A stretch of DNA of 64,000 nt from Octopus sinensis (taxonomy: Eukaryota): NCBI RefSeq assembly GCF_006345805.1, contig NC_043009.1, positions 5,766,001-5,830,000 on the forward strand, written 5' to 3'. Positions 14,431 to 26,743 of the stretch are shown piece after piece. Under the pieces are notes generated by a model that ran no database searches, was not told the origin of the DNA, and worked only from the letters and a program-made list of their open reading frames with translations. The stretch's first letter is position 1. Each line of letters opens with the position of its first letter. The position numbers were made by a program, and so were the translations under genes.

Positions 14431-15360
14431 ATTGATAAAACGGTAAGATAACAAAAGAAAGAAAGAGACCTCAATATTATGTAAATAGACGAAATTTATC
14501 TATACAATAATATGTTACTTTACTCGGTAGTCATGATAAAACTCTTATATAGTTTTAGTTCAACTACCAATTTTAAAAACATAATGAAACATAACATACA
14601 AAAAACACAACAAGAAAACAGCTGTTCATGCAGGAATAAAGAATTGTGCCCGCTAAATGGAGCTTGCATGTCCAAGACCATCATATATGAAGCTACCGTA
14701 AACTCCATAACCACTAAAGACACCGTTTCGACGAAGAAATACGTGGGCCTTACAGAGGGTAATTTCAAGGCCAGGTTCAATAACCACACTTTGAGCTTTA
14801 GGCACTGTAACAAAAGAAAAGCGACACAATTATCTAATCATATTTGTTCTTTAAGAGATAAAGGTGTCGATTATAACATACAATGGAAGATTTTGGCCAG
14901 ATGTAAGCCCTATACCAACGGCAGCGGAAGGTGCGGTCTATGCGACATGGAGAGATGGCTTATCTGGAAAAGCAGCTTAGACCCTATTACATGTCTAAAT
15001 ACAAGGACAGAACTTTTCGGATCATGCCCACATGTGACTAAATTTCTGTTACGTTTTTGGTCCCCTAAAGAAAACATAGAACATGCTTTCTATGTTATCT
15101 CCCAAGAAGATTTCATATATTTTTATATATTTTTATATATTTTTAATGTATTTTTATATAATTTTTATGACGAAAATTGCGAGCGATGTATAAGTACGCA
15201 GGCAAGCAGAGTTATAACACAGTAATTTCCCTTTATTTAACGGTATTTTTTCATAGCGTTTCAAATAGCCAGATAACCGAAGAGATGGTGTTGTGGATTT
15301 CCACTTCGGCATCTGAAACTCAGAGTTTTATCTTGACTACCGAGTAAAGTAACATATATT
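14431..15360 (+). mobile_element. 5'-truncated Penelope-like element: inverted terminal-repeat tail, GIY-YIG ORF, 3' terminal repeat with HHR
   Basis: ORF 14512-15225 contains CSCRNKELCPLNGAC..IIYEATV..KYVGLTEGNFKARFNNH..CGLC..LNTRTELFGSCPH. 14511-14544 is the reverse complement of 15323-15356 with 1 mismatch in 34. Confidence 0.92.
15272..15332 (+). ncRNA. Type I hammerhead ribozyme motif (U4C variant)
   Basis: GAUAA-CCGAAGA-GAUG..GUGGA/UCCAC..CAUC-U-GAAA-CU(CAG)AG-UU-UUAUC; perfect 5-bp stem I, GUU triplet. Confidence 0.7.
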
Positions 15361-15415
<55 letters not shown>

Positions 15416-15471
15416 TATATAGAGCAATAATAATTCTCTAAACGAGGTATATACAGTAACTGCTCCATAAC

Positions 15472-15709
15472 ATAAGGGACGTTAGCCATCCGAATATGGC
15501 TAGGGACAGGGCAGGGCGGTGGGGTGTTATTGATACATTTAGCCCCAGGCGATCATCAACGTCACCAGAAGGGCTGACGCCCAGGCTAGAGGTCGACGTG
15601 ATGGCGTCAGCCCTTCTGGTGACGTTGATGATCGCCTGGGGCTAAATGCATCAGTAACACCCCCCCCGCCCTGCCCTGTCCCTAGCCATATTCGGATGGC
15701 TAACGTCCC

Positions 15710-15713
<4 letters not shown>
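15472..15713. mobile_element. 242-bp GC-rich foldback/MITE-like palindrome
   Basis: Arms 15472-15581 and 15603-15713 (~110 bp, about 3 mismatches and 1 indel), 21-nt loop; possible TA target duplication. Confidence 0.85.
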
Positions 15714-15757
<44 letters not shown>

Positions 15758-15873
15758 TATATATTATAATATATTAATAGTAAAGGTAAGACAACAAAAG
15801 AATGAAGGAGACTTGATTGTATGTAAATAGAGGAATTTGATTGTAATATATGTCCCGATTATTCGGTTGCAAT

Positions 15874-15931
15874 TATAAGACTCCGAGTCTCGGATGTCGG
15901 GGCAGAAACCTCCAAAATCTCGTCAGTTATA
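15874..15931 (-). ncRNA. Type I hammerhead motif, minus strand (GAAA to GAGA)
   Basis: UAUAA-CUGACGA-GAU..AUC-C-GAGA-CU(CGG)AG-UC-UUAUA. Confidence 0.65.
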
Positions 15932-15940
15932 GAGGCCTAT

Positions 15941-16001
15941 ATAACTGACGAGATGCCGGAGGTTACTGCCCCAACATCCGAAACACAAGTCGGAGTCTTA
16001 T
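15941..16001 (+). ncRNA. Type I hammerhead motif with intact core
   Basis: AUAA-CUGACGA-GAUG..CAUC-C-GAAA-C(ACAAGUCGGA)G-UC-UUAU; GUC triplet. Confidence 0.7.
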
Positions 16002-16064
16002 TATGGTAAACGAATAATCGTGACATATTATATTACATATGCATATATATATATATATATATAA

Positions 16065-16131
<67 letters not shown>

Positions 16132-16274
16132 ATGTATAATATATATATATATATATATATTATATATGTATATGTATATATATATATATTATATATATAT
16201 ATATATTAATATATATATACAATACATATATATATATGTATATATGTATGATATATATATATATGTATAATATA

Positions 16275-16305
<31 letters not shown>

Positions 16306-16322
16306 GTATATGTATGTATATA

Positions 16323-16446
<124 letters not shown>

Positions 16447-18291
16447 CTATTTTCTTCTCGTATACAAGCAAAGCCATGCTAGAAAGATTATCGACTGAAA
16501 GAGTGCACATATTTTGCAGATCCAAGGATTTCACTACATTGTTTAATTCCAGATCTAAAAGTTTCAATAATTACAAGAATATGGACAAATTTAGTTTAGC
16601 GAACTGGAGTATACCATTCTATCCAGATTAGGCTGTTTTTTTTGTTCATATTTTGACCCCACTTCGCTGAACTATTTTACAAAAGTTAGCTTAATTATGA
16701 CTTCTCCTGCTCCATTTTTCTTCATCTTTCCACCTTTCATATGAATTTTCTTTTCGTGGTTTCTCCTGTACCAATGTACTGATTTTCAAAGAGAACTAAC
16801 CATGTGCTCAGAACCTGGAAATTGCTAAGATACACAAGGCGCTGTATGGAATTCTAGTTAGCCATGTGGATTCATAGCAAAAAAAAAAAACAAAAAAACA
16901 TTAGTAGCTCTTATCTTTAAAAATTTTATACTGAGTACATTAAATATCACACACACACACAAAAACACACACACACACACACATTTATATACTTGTGTGA
17001 CTTGCGTTTGTGTATGTATGTATCTAAGCGTCTTGTGTCGATTACTTTTCCTCAGCAGATTATTAATCTAAGACTAAGACATTTTATGTGGATGATCAAC
17101 CAACTGAATTTTGAGAATGTTAGACTCCATACACATCATATATTTATACGTGGCTGATTTATTTATTTATTTATTCAATACTGTTTTGAAATTCTTTCTA
17201 CAAATATAATTAGAGAGCGCAAATAGAAAAGAAGACAAAACGAATATACGCATAAGAAAATTCTAAGAATATTTTCTGTAATTATAGAAATATATCTAGG
17301 GTGAAGCTGGAAATGTTTTTCATAGTGTATTCTTAATAATAAAAGCACACAAAAAGTATTATGAAAAAGTATCGAAAACATAAGAGAAGATGCAATAAAG
17401 CACATTTACTCCAAATGATGTTAAACGATAAAAGCAAAAGAGAGAAATGCAGGGGGTGGGGTGGAGGGCGAAATATTTCAAATATCAGGTTACGATTGTT
17501 AATTCGCATATTTCTTTGATGTTTCACGAATCAATCTATATAACCGTGTCGTTGTCTCATTTGATGTTAATTTGATTATTTTAATCACATATAAAGAGTG
17601 AGGGTTTTGTGTTAGAGAATCAAATGAGAAGAGAATCTAAAGGAAATAATAGAAACATTGAAAGAGTCGAAAGAGACAAATCAAAGCCAGAAAGAAACAA
17701 AATTTCTCGAACTACAATTCAATCTTGATAATTACTTAATATCATTTAAAATGCACTGCAAAATTCATCTTCGTTGCTGCTTATGTTATTTCCTTTACTA
17801 TTATTATTATAAATATAGCATCATAATGATATCCGACTTGTTTGCGGGCGACCTCACCATCGTTGTTGTAATAATTGTTAGTGAACTACAACGCTGAATG
17901 TAGTTCACTTACAATTATTGTCGTCATCACTGAAGTGCCGTCGAGGTCACAGTTTTGTTACCGTCGTCGTCATCATCGTCATCATCATCATCATCAGTTG
18001 TCGCTTGTATTGCAGTTGTATCCCTCTTCCATCTGTAAACGAAATACAAAATATATATAAATACATAATATATATATATCTATATATATATATCATATTA
18101 TATATATATAATATATATAATATATACATATATATATGTATATATATATATATACATATATATTATATTAATATATATAATATATACATATATATATATA
18201 TATAATATATATATATATAATATATATCATTATATTATATATAATATATATAATATATATAATATATATAATATATACATATATATATGCA

Positions 18292-18325
<34 letters not shown>

Positions 18326-18367
18326 ATATATATAATATATATATATATATGTATATGTATATATATA

Positions 18368-18662
18368 CTTTTTACGCTTTAACTCTTTTACTTGTTTCAG
18401 TCATTTGAATATGGTCATGCTGGAGCACCGCCTTTAGTCGAGAAATTCGACACCAGGACTTGTTCTTTGTAAGCCTAGTATTTTATCTATCGGACTCTTT
18501 TGCCGAAGCGCTAAGTTACGGGGACGTAGACACACCAGCATCGGTTGTTTAGCTATGTTGGTGGGGGGCGACAAACACAGGTACACAAACATATATATAT
18601 ATATATATAACCACAGCCATGTGGTTGTTAAGCAAGCTACTTACCACACAGCCACTCCCACG

Positions 18663-18664
<2 letters not shown>
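18368..18664 (-). mobile_element. SINE family A, internally deleted
   Basis: 3' half intact; head truncated to ~60 bp. Confidence 0.85.
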
Positions 18665-18701
<37 letters not shown>

Positions 18702-18974
18702 ATTTATGCATGTTTGCATGTATGAATGTATATTTCCGTCGGTTACGAATGTGTGAGCACGTGTGAATGCATGTCAGTATATATGTAAAAATATATACCT
18801 GTGTACGCAGACGTGCACACGCACATGACTTATGAAAGAGTACACATTTCTTTATCAACCTAATTTAGAAACAACTGGATTCAACATACCGTTTAAAAAT
18901 AAATGGTGAAGCGCATCAATATCCACATTATTATTTGCCTAATGATCTTCGTACATATGCCGCAAGAACAAGAG

Positions 18975-19428
18975 AACCTGTGTGGTAAGTAGCTTGCTTA
19001 CAAACCACATAGTTCCTGGTTCAGTCCAACTGCATAGCACTTTGTGCAAGTCTCTTCTACTATAGCATCGGACCAACCAAAGCCTTGTGAGTATATTTGG
19101 TAGACGGAAACTGAAAGGAGCCCGTCGTATATATATATGTGTGTATATATATATATATATCTATATATATATATATATATTATATATATATATATGTATG
19201 TATATATGCATGTGTGTGTATATGTTTGAGGGTCTATGTTTGTCTCCCCTATATCGCTTGGTAATCGCTACTGGTGTGTTTACGTCTCCGTAACTTATTG
19301 GTTCGACAAAAGGGACTGATAGAATAAGGCTTACAAAGAAGAAGTACTGGGGTCGATTTGCTCGACTAAAGGTGGTGCTCCAGCATGGCCACAGTAAAAT
19401 GAGTGAAACAAGTAAAAGAGTAAAGAGA
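18975..19428 (+). mobile_element. SINE family A, near full length
   Basis: Head, body, internal (AT)n and aaaagagtaaagag tail. Confidence 0.9.
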
Positions 19429-19794
19429 TACAACAACTATGACATCCACCGTAACAAGAGCAAGCGTGAAATAGATTTCGACCTTCTGTCTGCTCTGCAG
19501 ATTGTCATTTTCTAGGGAGGGTCATTTTCTGTTTATGCCTTATAGTGTAACACACACACAGGTAAAATTTCCACTTATTTCGTGCTTTTATTTTCCTAAA
19601 ATAAAGAGAATCTTGCAAACCAAATCCAAAAACGAAATACTTCTCTATAGTTTTATAATCTCAGTAAACCAAGGGACAGTTAGAACAGTCACTACAAATT
19701 ATACATCAGAATAGATTCTTGCAGCTCGTAATCTAGACTACAATGCAGATTCTATGAGATAATTTGCTGGAAATTCACAATGTTGTACAGCTGC

Positions 19795-20370
19795 TACTAC
19801 TGATGCTGATGATGAAGATGGCGATGATGATGATGATGATGAGGAGGAGGAGGATCATGATGAGGATCATGATGATGAGGATGAGGATCATGATGAGGAT
19901 AATGCTGATGCTGATGACGATTATGATGACATTGATGTTGGTGGTGGTGGTGGTGGTGATGATGATGGTGGGGATGATGTGATGATGATGATAATAATGC
20001 TGATGATGCTGATCATGCTGACCATGCTAATAATGATGAGGATGATGATGATAATGAGGACGACGATGATGATAGTGATGGTGGTGATGATGGCGAAACC
20101 AACAAAATATCTTTCATTTATTTCGTTATTTCGATGCATTTTCCGACTCGTCTCTTTCGGTTTCTTTCGTCCAACTCTGTCTTCTTTTTCGTTGTTGGTT
20201 TCTTTTTGTATTGTTTTTTCTATAGCTGGTATTATCATTCTCACAATGATGACTACTGAGGTGATATAAAGATCATGATGATCTTTTCATCTTCTACCAG
20301 CACGCCACCTTAATGATGATGATGATGAGGATGATGATAATGATAATAACAATAGTAGTAGTAGTAGTAG

Positions 20371-20405
<35 letters not shown>

Positions 20406-20750
20406 TAGTAGTAGTAGTAGTAAGGATGAGGAAGAGAAGGAAGAGGGGTAGAGGGGAAGGATGAAGCGGAGGAAAGGAAGAAGTGGAGGGGAAGAGCAGG
20501 GAGAATGGGGGGAAGAGCAGGGAAATGAGGGAGGAGGAAAGGGGAAGAAGAAACGGACGTGGGAGAGGAGGGGATGGGAGAAGGAAGGGAGAGAAGTGTA
20601 GAGGAGGAAAGGGAGGAGGAAGTAGAAAAGAAAGAAGAGAAAGAATACGAGAAGACAGAGATAGGAGGAGGAAGGTGTAGAGGAAAAGAAGGAACGGAAG
20701 GAGGAGGAAGGAAGGAAGAGAAGGGAGGGGAGGTTGAAGGGGAGGAAAAT
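19795..20750. repeat. Degenerate (GAT/GGT/GAG)n, (GTA)n and purine-rich low-complexity tracts, with ~200 bp of unique sequence (about 20100-20310) between them
   Basis: Seen directly. Confidence 0.9.
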
Positions 20751-21644
20751 AATAAAATTTTAGATAAAAATAGTGACGTTCGACACCAAAAAATTGCCAG
20801 CAAATATATTCTGCCAGACGAGATTACACGAAACATGCAATATCGGGCTTGTAAAAAGTGAATGATGCTAGCATCATGACCACGTGACGGGTGCTTGACG
20901 GTGAAGTACTATAAAAGCAAAAAAACAAACATATAACTTTCTCGTTTCAATGTAACGAAAACATTTCGTGTAGTATCGACGGAGTAAATACGTGCATATC
21001 TGGCCGATATATTTATTCAACATTGGGTAGGGAGGACGTATGTTACACTGCGGTCGAGGCGAAAGAAAAATATCTGGTATTAGGAGACTTATCTATTTGT
21101 GAACGGTTCCCTCTTTTTTGTGGGATAAAAATACAAATTCTGTTGTGTCTAGGGAGAGGCATTTTCTTTTTATGTCTTTTGTGTCCGTTCAGAGTCAAGA
21201 TTATTGAAAAGGTTGCAAGAGGCAACGAAAATTTCAGGAAAATAAACATAAGGAATAAGTGGAAATTTCACCGGTGAGTGAAAATGACTCTCCCCTGACA
21301 CAATATACTCAACACACGAACTCATATAAAGAATCTTGCAAACTAAATCCAGAAACGAAAAGAAATACAAATGTTCTCTGAAATATATGAGTAAATGCCT
21401 TAATACCTGGCTGACGTCCACTTTATTGTTGCAAAAATGAAGCATGATTAGTGACGATAAGATACATAATGATTCTTGGTGGAATTTCACGACCAAGTAC
21501 ATATAAAGGCAGAAAACAAAGCGAGTCGTACCTTGGAGAGGTTGCCACAAGGAAAATTTATCGCTGAGAACTAAAGGTAAACATTTCAGCTGTTACACAT
21601 GTAGTGTAGAAGCTGGTGTTAAGGAATCAAATATAACTGTATCT

Positions 21645-22118
21645 TATTTCTTTACTACCCACAAGGGGCTACACACAGAGGGGACAAACAAGGACAGACA
21701 AACGGATTAAGTCGATTATATCGACCCAAGTATGAAACTGTTAATTATTTAATCGACCCCTAAAGGTTGAAAGGCAAAGTCGACCTCGGCGGAATTTGAA
21801 CTCAGAACGTAGCGACAGAGGAAATACTGCTAAGCCTTCTCGGAGTCGATTAAATAAGTACCAGTTACGCACTGGGTCGATGTAATCGACTTAATCCGAT
21901 TGTCTGTCCTTGTTTTTCCTCTCTGTGTTTAGCCCCTTGTGGGTAGTAAAGAAATAGGTCTTTCATCTGTCTTTACGTTATGTGTTCAAATTCCGCCGAC
22001 TCCGCTTTCATCCTGCCGGGCTCAATAAATTAAGTACCAGTTGCGAGCTGGGATCGACATAACCGACTGCCCCCACCTCAAAAATTTCGGGCCTTGTGCC
22101 TAGAGAAGAAAAGAACAT
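21645..22118. mobile_element. SINE family B cluster: minus copy 21645-21840, plus copies 21841-21957 and 21958-22118 (variant tail)
   Basis: Shared ttctgagttcaaattccgccgaggtcgactttgcctttcatcctttcggggtcga core and gtagtaaagaaata tail. Confidence 0.9.
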
Positions 22119-22294
22119 TCACTTCATCTCATTGTTTTTTCAGTTATCAGATATTATTATTCGAATGCTTGAGCAGACAAAATCAAGGATTGGCAATGCT
22201 AAATGAGTCAAATAAACCTCATGAAATCTTTGCATTTACTAGATGTTCTTCGTTTTCTTTCATATTATGCCCGTCGATAACGGAATGCATACAT

Positions 22295-22718
22295 AGAAGC
22301 AGGGGTGACAAGAAGTTTGCTTCGCAGCCTCAGGGATCAGTGTTCAGCCCGGCTGTGTGCATCTTGGGCAAATGTATTTTATAACCCCGGACCGATCAAA
22401 GATTTATGAGTGGCAGATGGAAACTGAAAGCATGTATGTATATATATACATAGATATGTGCGTGTGTGTGTATGTTTGTGTATATGTTTGTGCATGTTTG
22501 TGTGTGTATATCTTTGAGTTGGTTCCTCATAATAACTTGACAACTGGTGTTGGTGTTTAGGTCCCTGCAACTTGGTGGTTCGGGAAAAGAGATTGATAGC
22601 CGTACAAAGCTTTAAAGAAAAATGGTTCTGGGATCGATTCCTTTGACTAAAATCTTTCAAGGCGATGCCCCGGCATCTAATGACTGAAACAAGTAAAAAA
22701 TAAAAGACATATTTAAAT

Positions 22719-22785
<67 letters not shown>

Positions 22786-22988
22786 TGTTTGTGTGTCTGT
22801 GTTTGTCCCCCTAGCATTGCTTGACAACCGATGCTGGTGTGTTTACGTCTCCGTCACTTAGCGGTTCGGCAAAAGAGACCGATAGAATAAGTACTGGGCT
22901 TACAAAGAATAAGTCCCGGGGTCGATTTGCTCGTCTAAAGGCGGTTCTCCAGCATGGCCGCAGTCAAATGACTGAAACAAGTATAAGA
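22295..22988 (+). mobile_element. Two SINE A relics (degenerate 22295-22705; 3' half 22790-22988)
   Basis: Homology to other family A copies. Confidence 0.8.
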
Positions 22989-23894
22989 GTCATATTATCA
23001 TCAAAATACAATTAAAAATGGTAATAATTCTCAATACTGCAATAGGTATAACTGTTCAATTTGTTAGATCTTCCTTCACAACTACCATCGCCTTAACCAT
23101 GCATACTAACGACATTACAATATCATAAATGGTGAAGCACATCAAATGAATATCAGTGAATGGTTGTTACTAAAGTGGTCATTCAACTTGCTAAGAATGG
23201 TAACTAAATCTCCCTAAAGTAGTACACCTTACATTTTAAGAATAACGAATGACTAGCTTTACCATTTTAAAGGTTTTAGATTGTGATTTGATGATATATA
23301 TTTAAATAAACATGATGGTCACGGATGGTACATTTAATCGAGTTTGACCTGAAGCTGTATAACAAAAATTTCTTCTTCCTGTATTTAATAGCAACATTTA
23401 TAACGAGCTGCAACTCAATTGCTGAATTCTGCCACTTAACCAACGCCACCGACAGCGGCCAAACCAGCACTATCATTATTACTAATAAAACCACATCTAC
23501 GACCAGGATGAATCAAATAGCTACCACAACCACAACAGCATTATATCTGTAAACCTGCGATAATGTAATTAAGAATGCTATGAATATAATTATAGTCTTT
23601 GCAAGTCTTTGCTGGTCAGCTGTAAAAATTGCAGGCGTTGCATCCTCATATGTCATCGGTTGTCATTTGCAACCCTATAGCAAGCTAATTAGATATTTAA
23701 GTAAGCAATTTACTTCTCTCAGCTTCATTAGCTTCTAGCCAGCATTAATATTTATGTAAAGCCCACAACATTCCTGTCATCATTGCTTCGCTATATAATC
23801 TGCTTTATTCACCTTTCTTTTGCCTGTGATTTCTGCTTCTGCAGTTTCTGATGGAAAGCGTCGATTTAGGAACTCAGAGTATTGAGGAGTTTAT

Positions 23895-23945
<51 letters not shown>

Positions 23946-24073
23946 CTGTTATCGTTGTTGTTGTTGTTGCTGATGTTGTTGGGAGCAAGAATACAACTAC
24001 AACAACAAACTAATACTGGCGGTAATGTAAATAATAATAATAATAATAATAATAATAGTAATAATAATATAAT

Positions 24074-24143
<70 letters not shown>

Positions 24144-24194
24144 TTATAATAATAATAATAATATTATAATAATATAAAATAATATAATAATAAT

Positions 24195-24236
<42 letters not shown>

Positions 24237-24451
24237 GTAGTAGTAATAATAATAATATAATAATAATAATAATAATATATTAATAATAATAATAATAATA
24301 ATATAATAATAATATTAATAATAATAATATAATAATAATATTAATAATAATAATAATATTAATAATAATAATAATAATAATAAATAATAATATTAATAAT
24401 AATAATAATATAATAATAAAATATAATAATAATATAATAATAATAATAATA

Positions 24452-24482
<31 letters not shown>

Positions 24483-25104
24483 TTAATAATAATAATAATA
24501 ATATTAATAATAATAAATAATAATAATAATAATATTAATAATAATAATAATAATAATATAATAATAATAATAATAGTAGTAGTATGAATAATAATATAAT
24601 AATAATAATAATATTAATAATAATAATAATATAATAATAATAATAATATTAATTAATAATTGATAATAATAATAATAATTAATAATATAATAATAATATA
24701 ATAATAATAATAATAATAAAATAATATTAATAATAATAATAATAATATAATAATAATAATAATAATATTAATAATAATAATAATAGTAAGTAGTAATATT
24801 ATAATAATAATATTAATAATAATAATAATATTAATAATAATATTAATAATAAAATAATAATAATAATAATAATAGTAGTAGTAATAATAATGAAAAACAT
24901 AATAATAGTAATAATAATAATAATAATAGTAATAATAATATAATAATAATAATAATAATAAAATAATAATAATAATAATAATATAATAATAATAATAATA
25001 TAAAATAATAATAATAATATAATATTAATAATAATAATAATAGTAGTAGTAATATAATAATAATAATAATATTATAATAATAATAATAATAAATAATAAT
25101 ATTA

Positions 25105-25135
<31 letters not shown>

Positions 25136-25209
25136 TTTAGTAGTAATAATAATGAAAAACATAATATAGTAAGAATAATAATAATAATAGTAATAATAAA
25201 ATAATAATA

Positions 25210-25252
<43 letters not shown>

Positions 25253-25820
25253 GCCCTGATGCAGTACCAGGCAGTGGCTCTCATGGCTTCTGATCTTACT
25301 GATTGGAAGTGTTATCATGTACATTGTTTTGTCTTGGTATAAAAGATGGGCTACAGCAAATATTCTGCTCAATACCACAGATTTGCTTGTCAGTTGTTTG
25401 ACCTTAACCAGTTGAGCATGTCCCTTAGTGGCTGACGATATGTGCATCTCTGATCACGAGCAGAAGTAGTTGGGGAGCATCATAGCCATGTGTTGAGAGG
25501 GATTCTTTGAGGTTTGAATAGTTCACCTCTGGAAACATGGGTGGTTCTTTCAACATCCTTAAGCAACCCTTATTCAGGGACCGTTTGAGCAGGATGGGCT
25601 ACTCAACCTGAAGAAAATTCTAACTGGGCCCCACCTGCAAGGTCATGTGCTGTTTATCTTGATATGAGATCACCATATCGCGCACATATGGTTGTGATGC
25701 ATGTGCCTGGTGTACCTTTATCAGACGGGTAGTCATGATGGGTATATTGGGCTTCGTATATTTTACTCCAGTGTCACTTTGATGGCATGAACTGCTCTCT
25801 CACTCAATAATAATAATAAT

Positions 25821-25867
<47 letters not shown>

Positions 25868-25910
25868 TAATAATATTATAAAATAATAATAATAATAATA
25901 TAATAATAAT

Positions 25911-25989
<79 letters not shown>

Positions 25990-26103
25990 TAATAATAATA
26001 ATATTAATAATAATAATATAATAATAATAATAAATAATAATAATAATAATAATAATAAAATATAATAATAATAGTAGTAGTAATAATAATGAAAAACATA
26101 ATA

Positions 26104-26158
<55 letters not shown>

Positions 26159-26190
26159 CAATAATAATAATAATAATAATAATAATAATT
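23895..26190. repeat. Large (ATG)/(GTT)/(AAT)n microsatellite field interrupted by an insertion
   Basis: Seen directly. Confidence 0.97.
25251..25805 (-). mobile_element. 555-bp non-coding element inserted in (AAT)n; probable non-autonomous retroelement
   Basis: Sharp boundaries, much higher GC than the pure AAT flanks, no long ORF of its own, no TIRs. Orientation inferred from the (TTA)n tail. Confidence 0.6.
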
Positions 26191-26512
26191 TCTCGGGCTT
26201 TCTTTATGTGTAAATCATAACATTATTCACCGAGAATAAATTTTAGGAGTCACTTTAAATGTTTCTAATTTGTAACATTTCACATTGCTGCTATATCTTT
26301 TTTTTTCCTCAACAGATCCGAATCGAATATTTTATATGAATTCAACAGAATTTGTAGACGTGGAAATTGTAAAAGAATACTGATTGAAGAACGTATACGA
26401 CTAAAATACCAGGAATTAAAAATTCTACGTTTGAGCTCAAATTTCTGACCTTCGATTCATTAAATTATATTTACTTCTCAATATTTTATAACCACCCAAC
26501 ATTATGTATATT

Positions 26513-26743
26513 TATTTCTTTATTGCCCACAAAGGGCTAAACACAGAGGGGACAAACAAGAACAGACAAAGGGCTTAAGTCGGTTACCTCGACCCCAGTG
26601 CGTAACTGGTACTTAGTTTATCGACCCCGAAAGGATGAAAGGCAAAGTCGACCTCGGCGGAATTTGAACTCAGAACGTAACGGCAGCCGACATACCGCTA
26701 AGCATTTCGCCCGACGTGCTAACGATTCTGCCCGCTCGCCGCC
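26513..26743 (-). mobile_element. SINE family B, full length
   Basis: Head ggcggcgagcgggcagaatcgttagcacg through the aataaagaaata tail. Confidence 0.92.

Larger units (their letters stand above)
15773..16037. mobile_element. Head-to-head PLE terminal-repeat palindrome
   Basis: Leader homologous to 2504 and 14431, then an imperfect ~195-bp palindrome (15842-16037) centred near 15935; (AT)n flanks. Confidence 0.8.

Noticed and set aside
19790-20110. Asp/Glu-rich reading frame (DADDEDGDDD..) after a cag
   Set aside because: A degenerate (GAT)n tract keeps frame by construction, there is a frameshift near 19980, and there is no unique coding flank.
20294-20861. Long Ser/Pro-rich (minus) and Glu/Gly/Lys-rich (plus) ORFs
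   Set aside because: They derive from a purine/pyrimidine-skewed low-complexity tract.
21193-21273. 81-nt open segment with good splice sites (VKIIEKVARGNENFRKINIRNKWKFHR)
   Set aside because: Part of it recurs inverted at 19561-19602 and it lies within an IR-bounded repeat, so it is likely repeat-derived.
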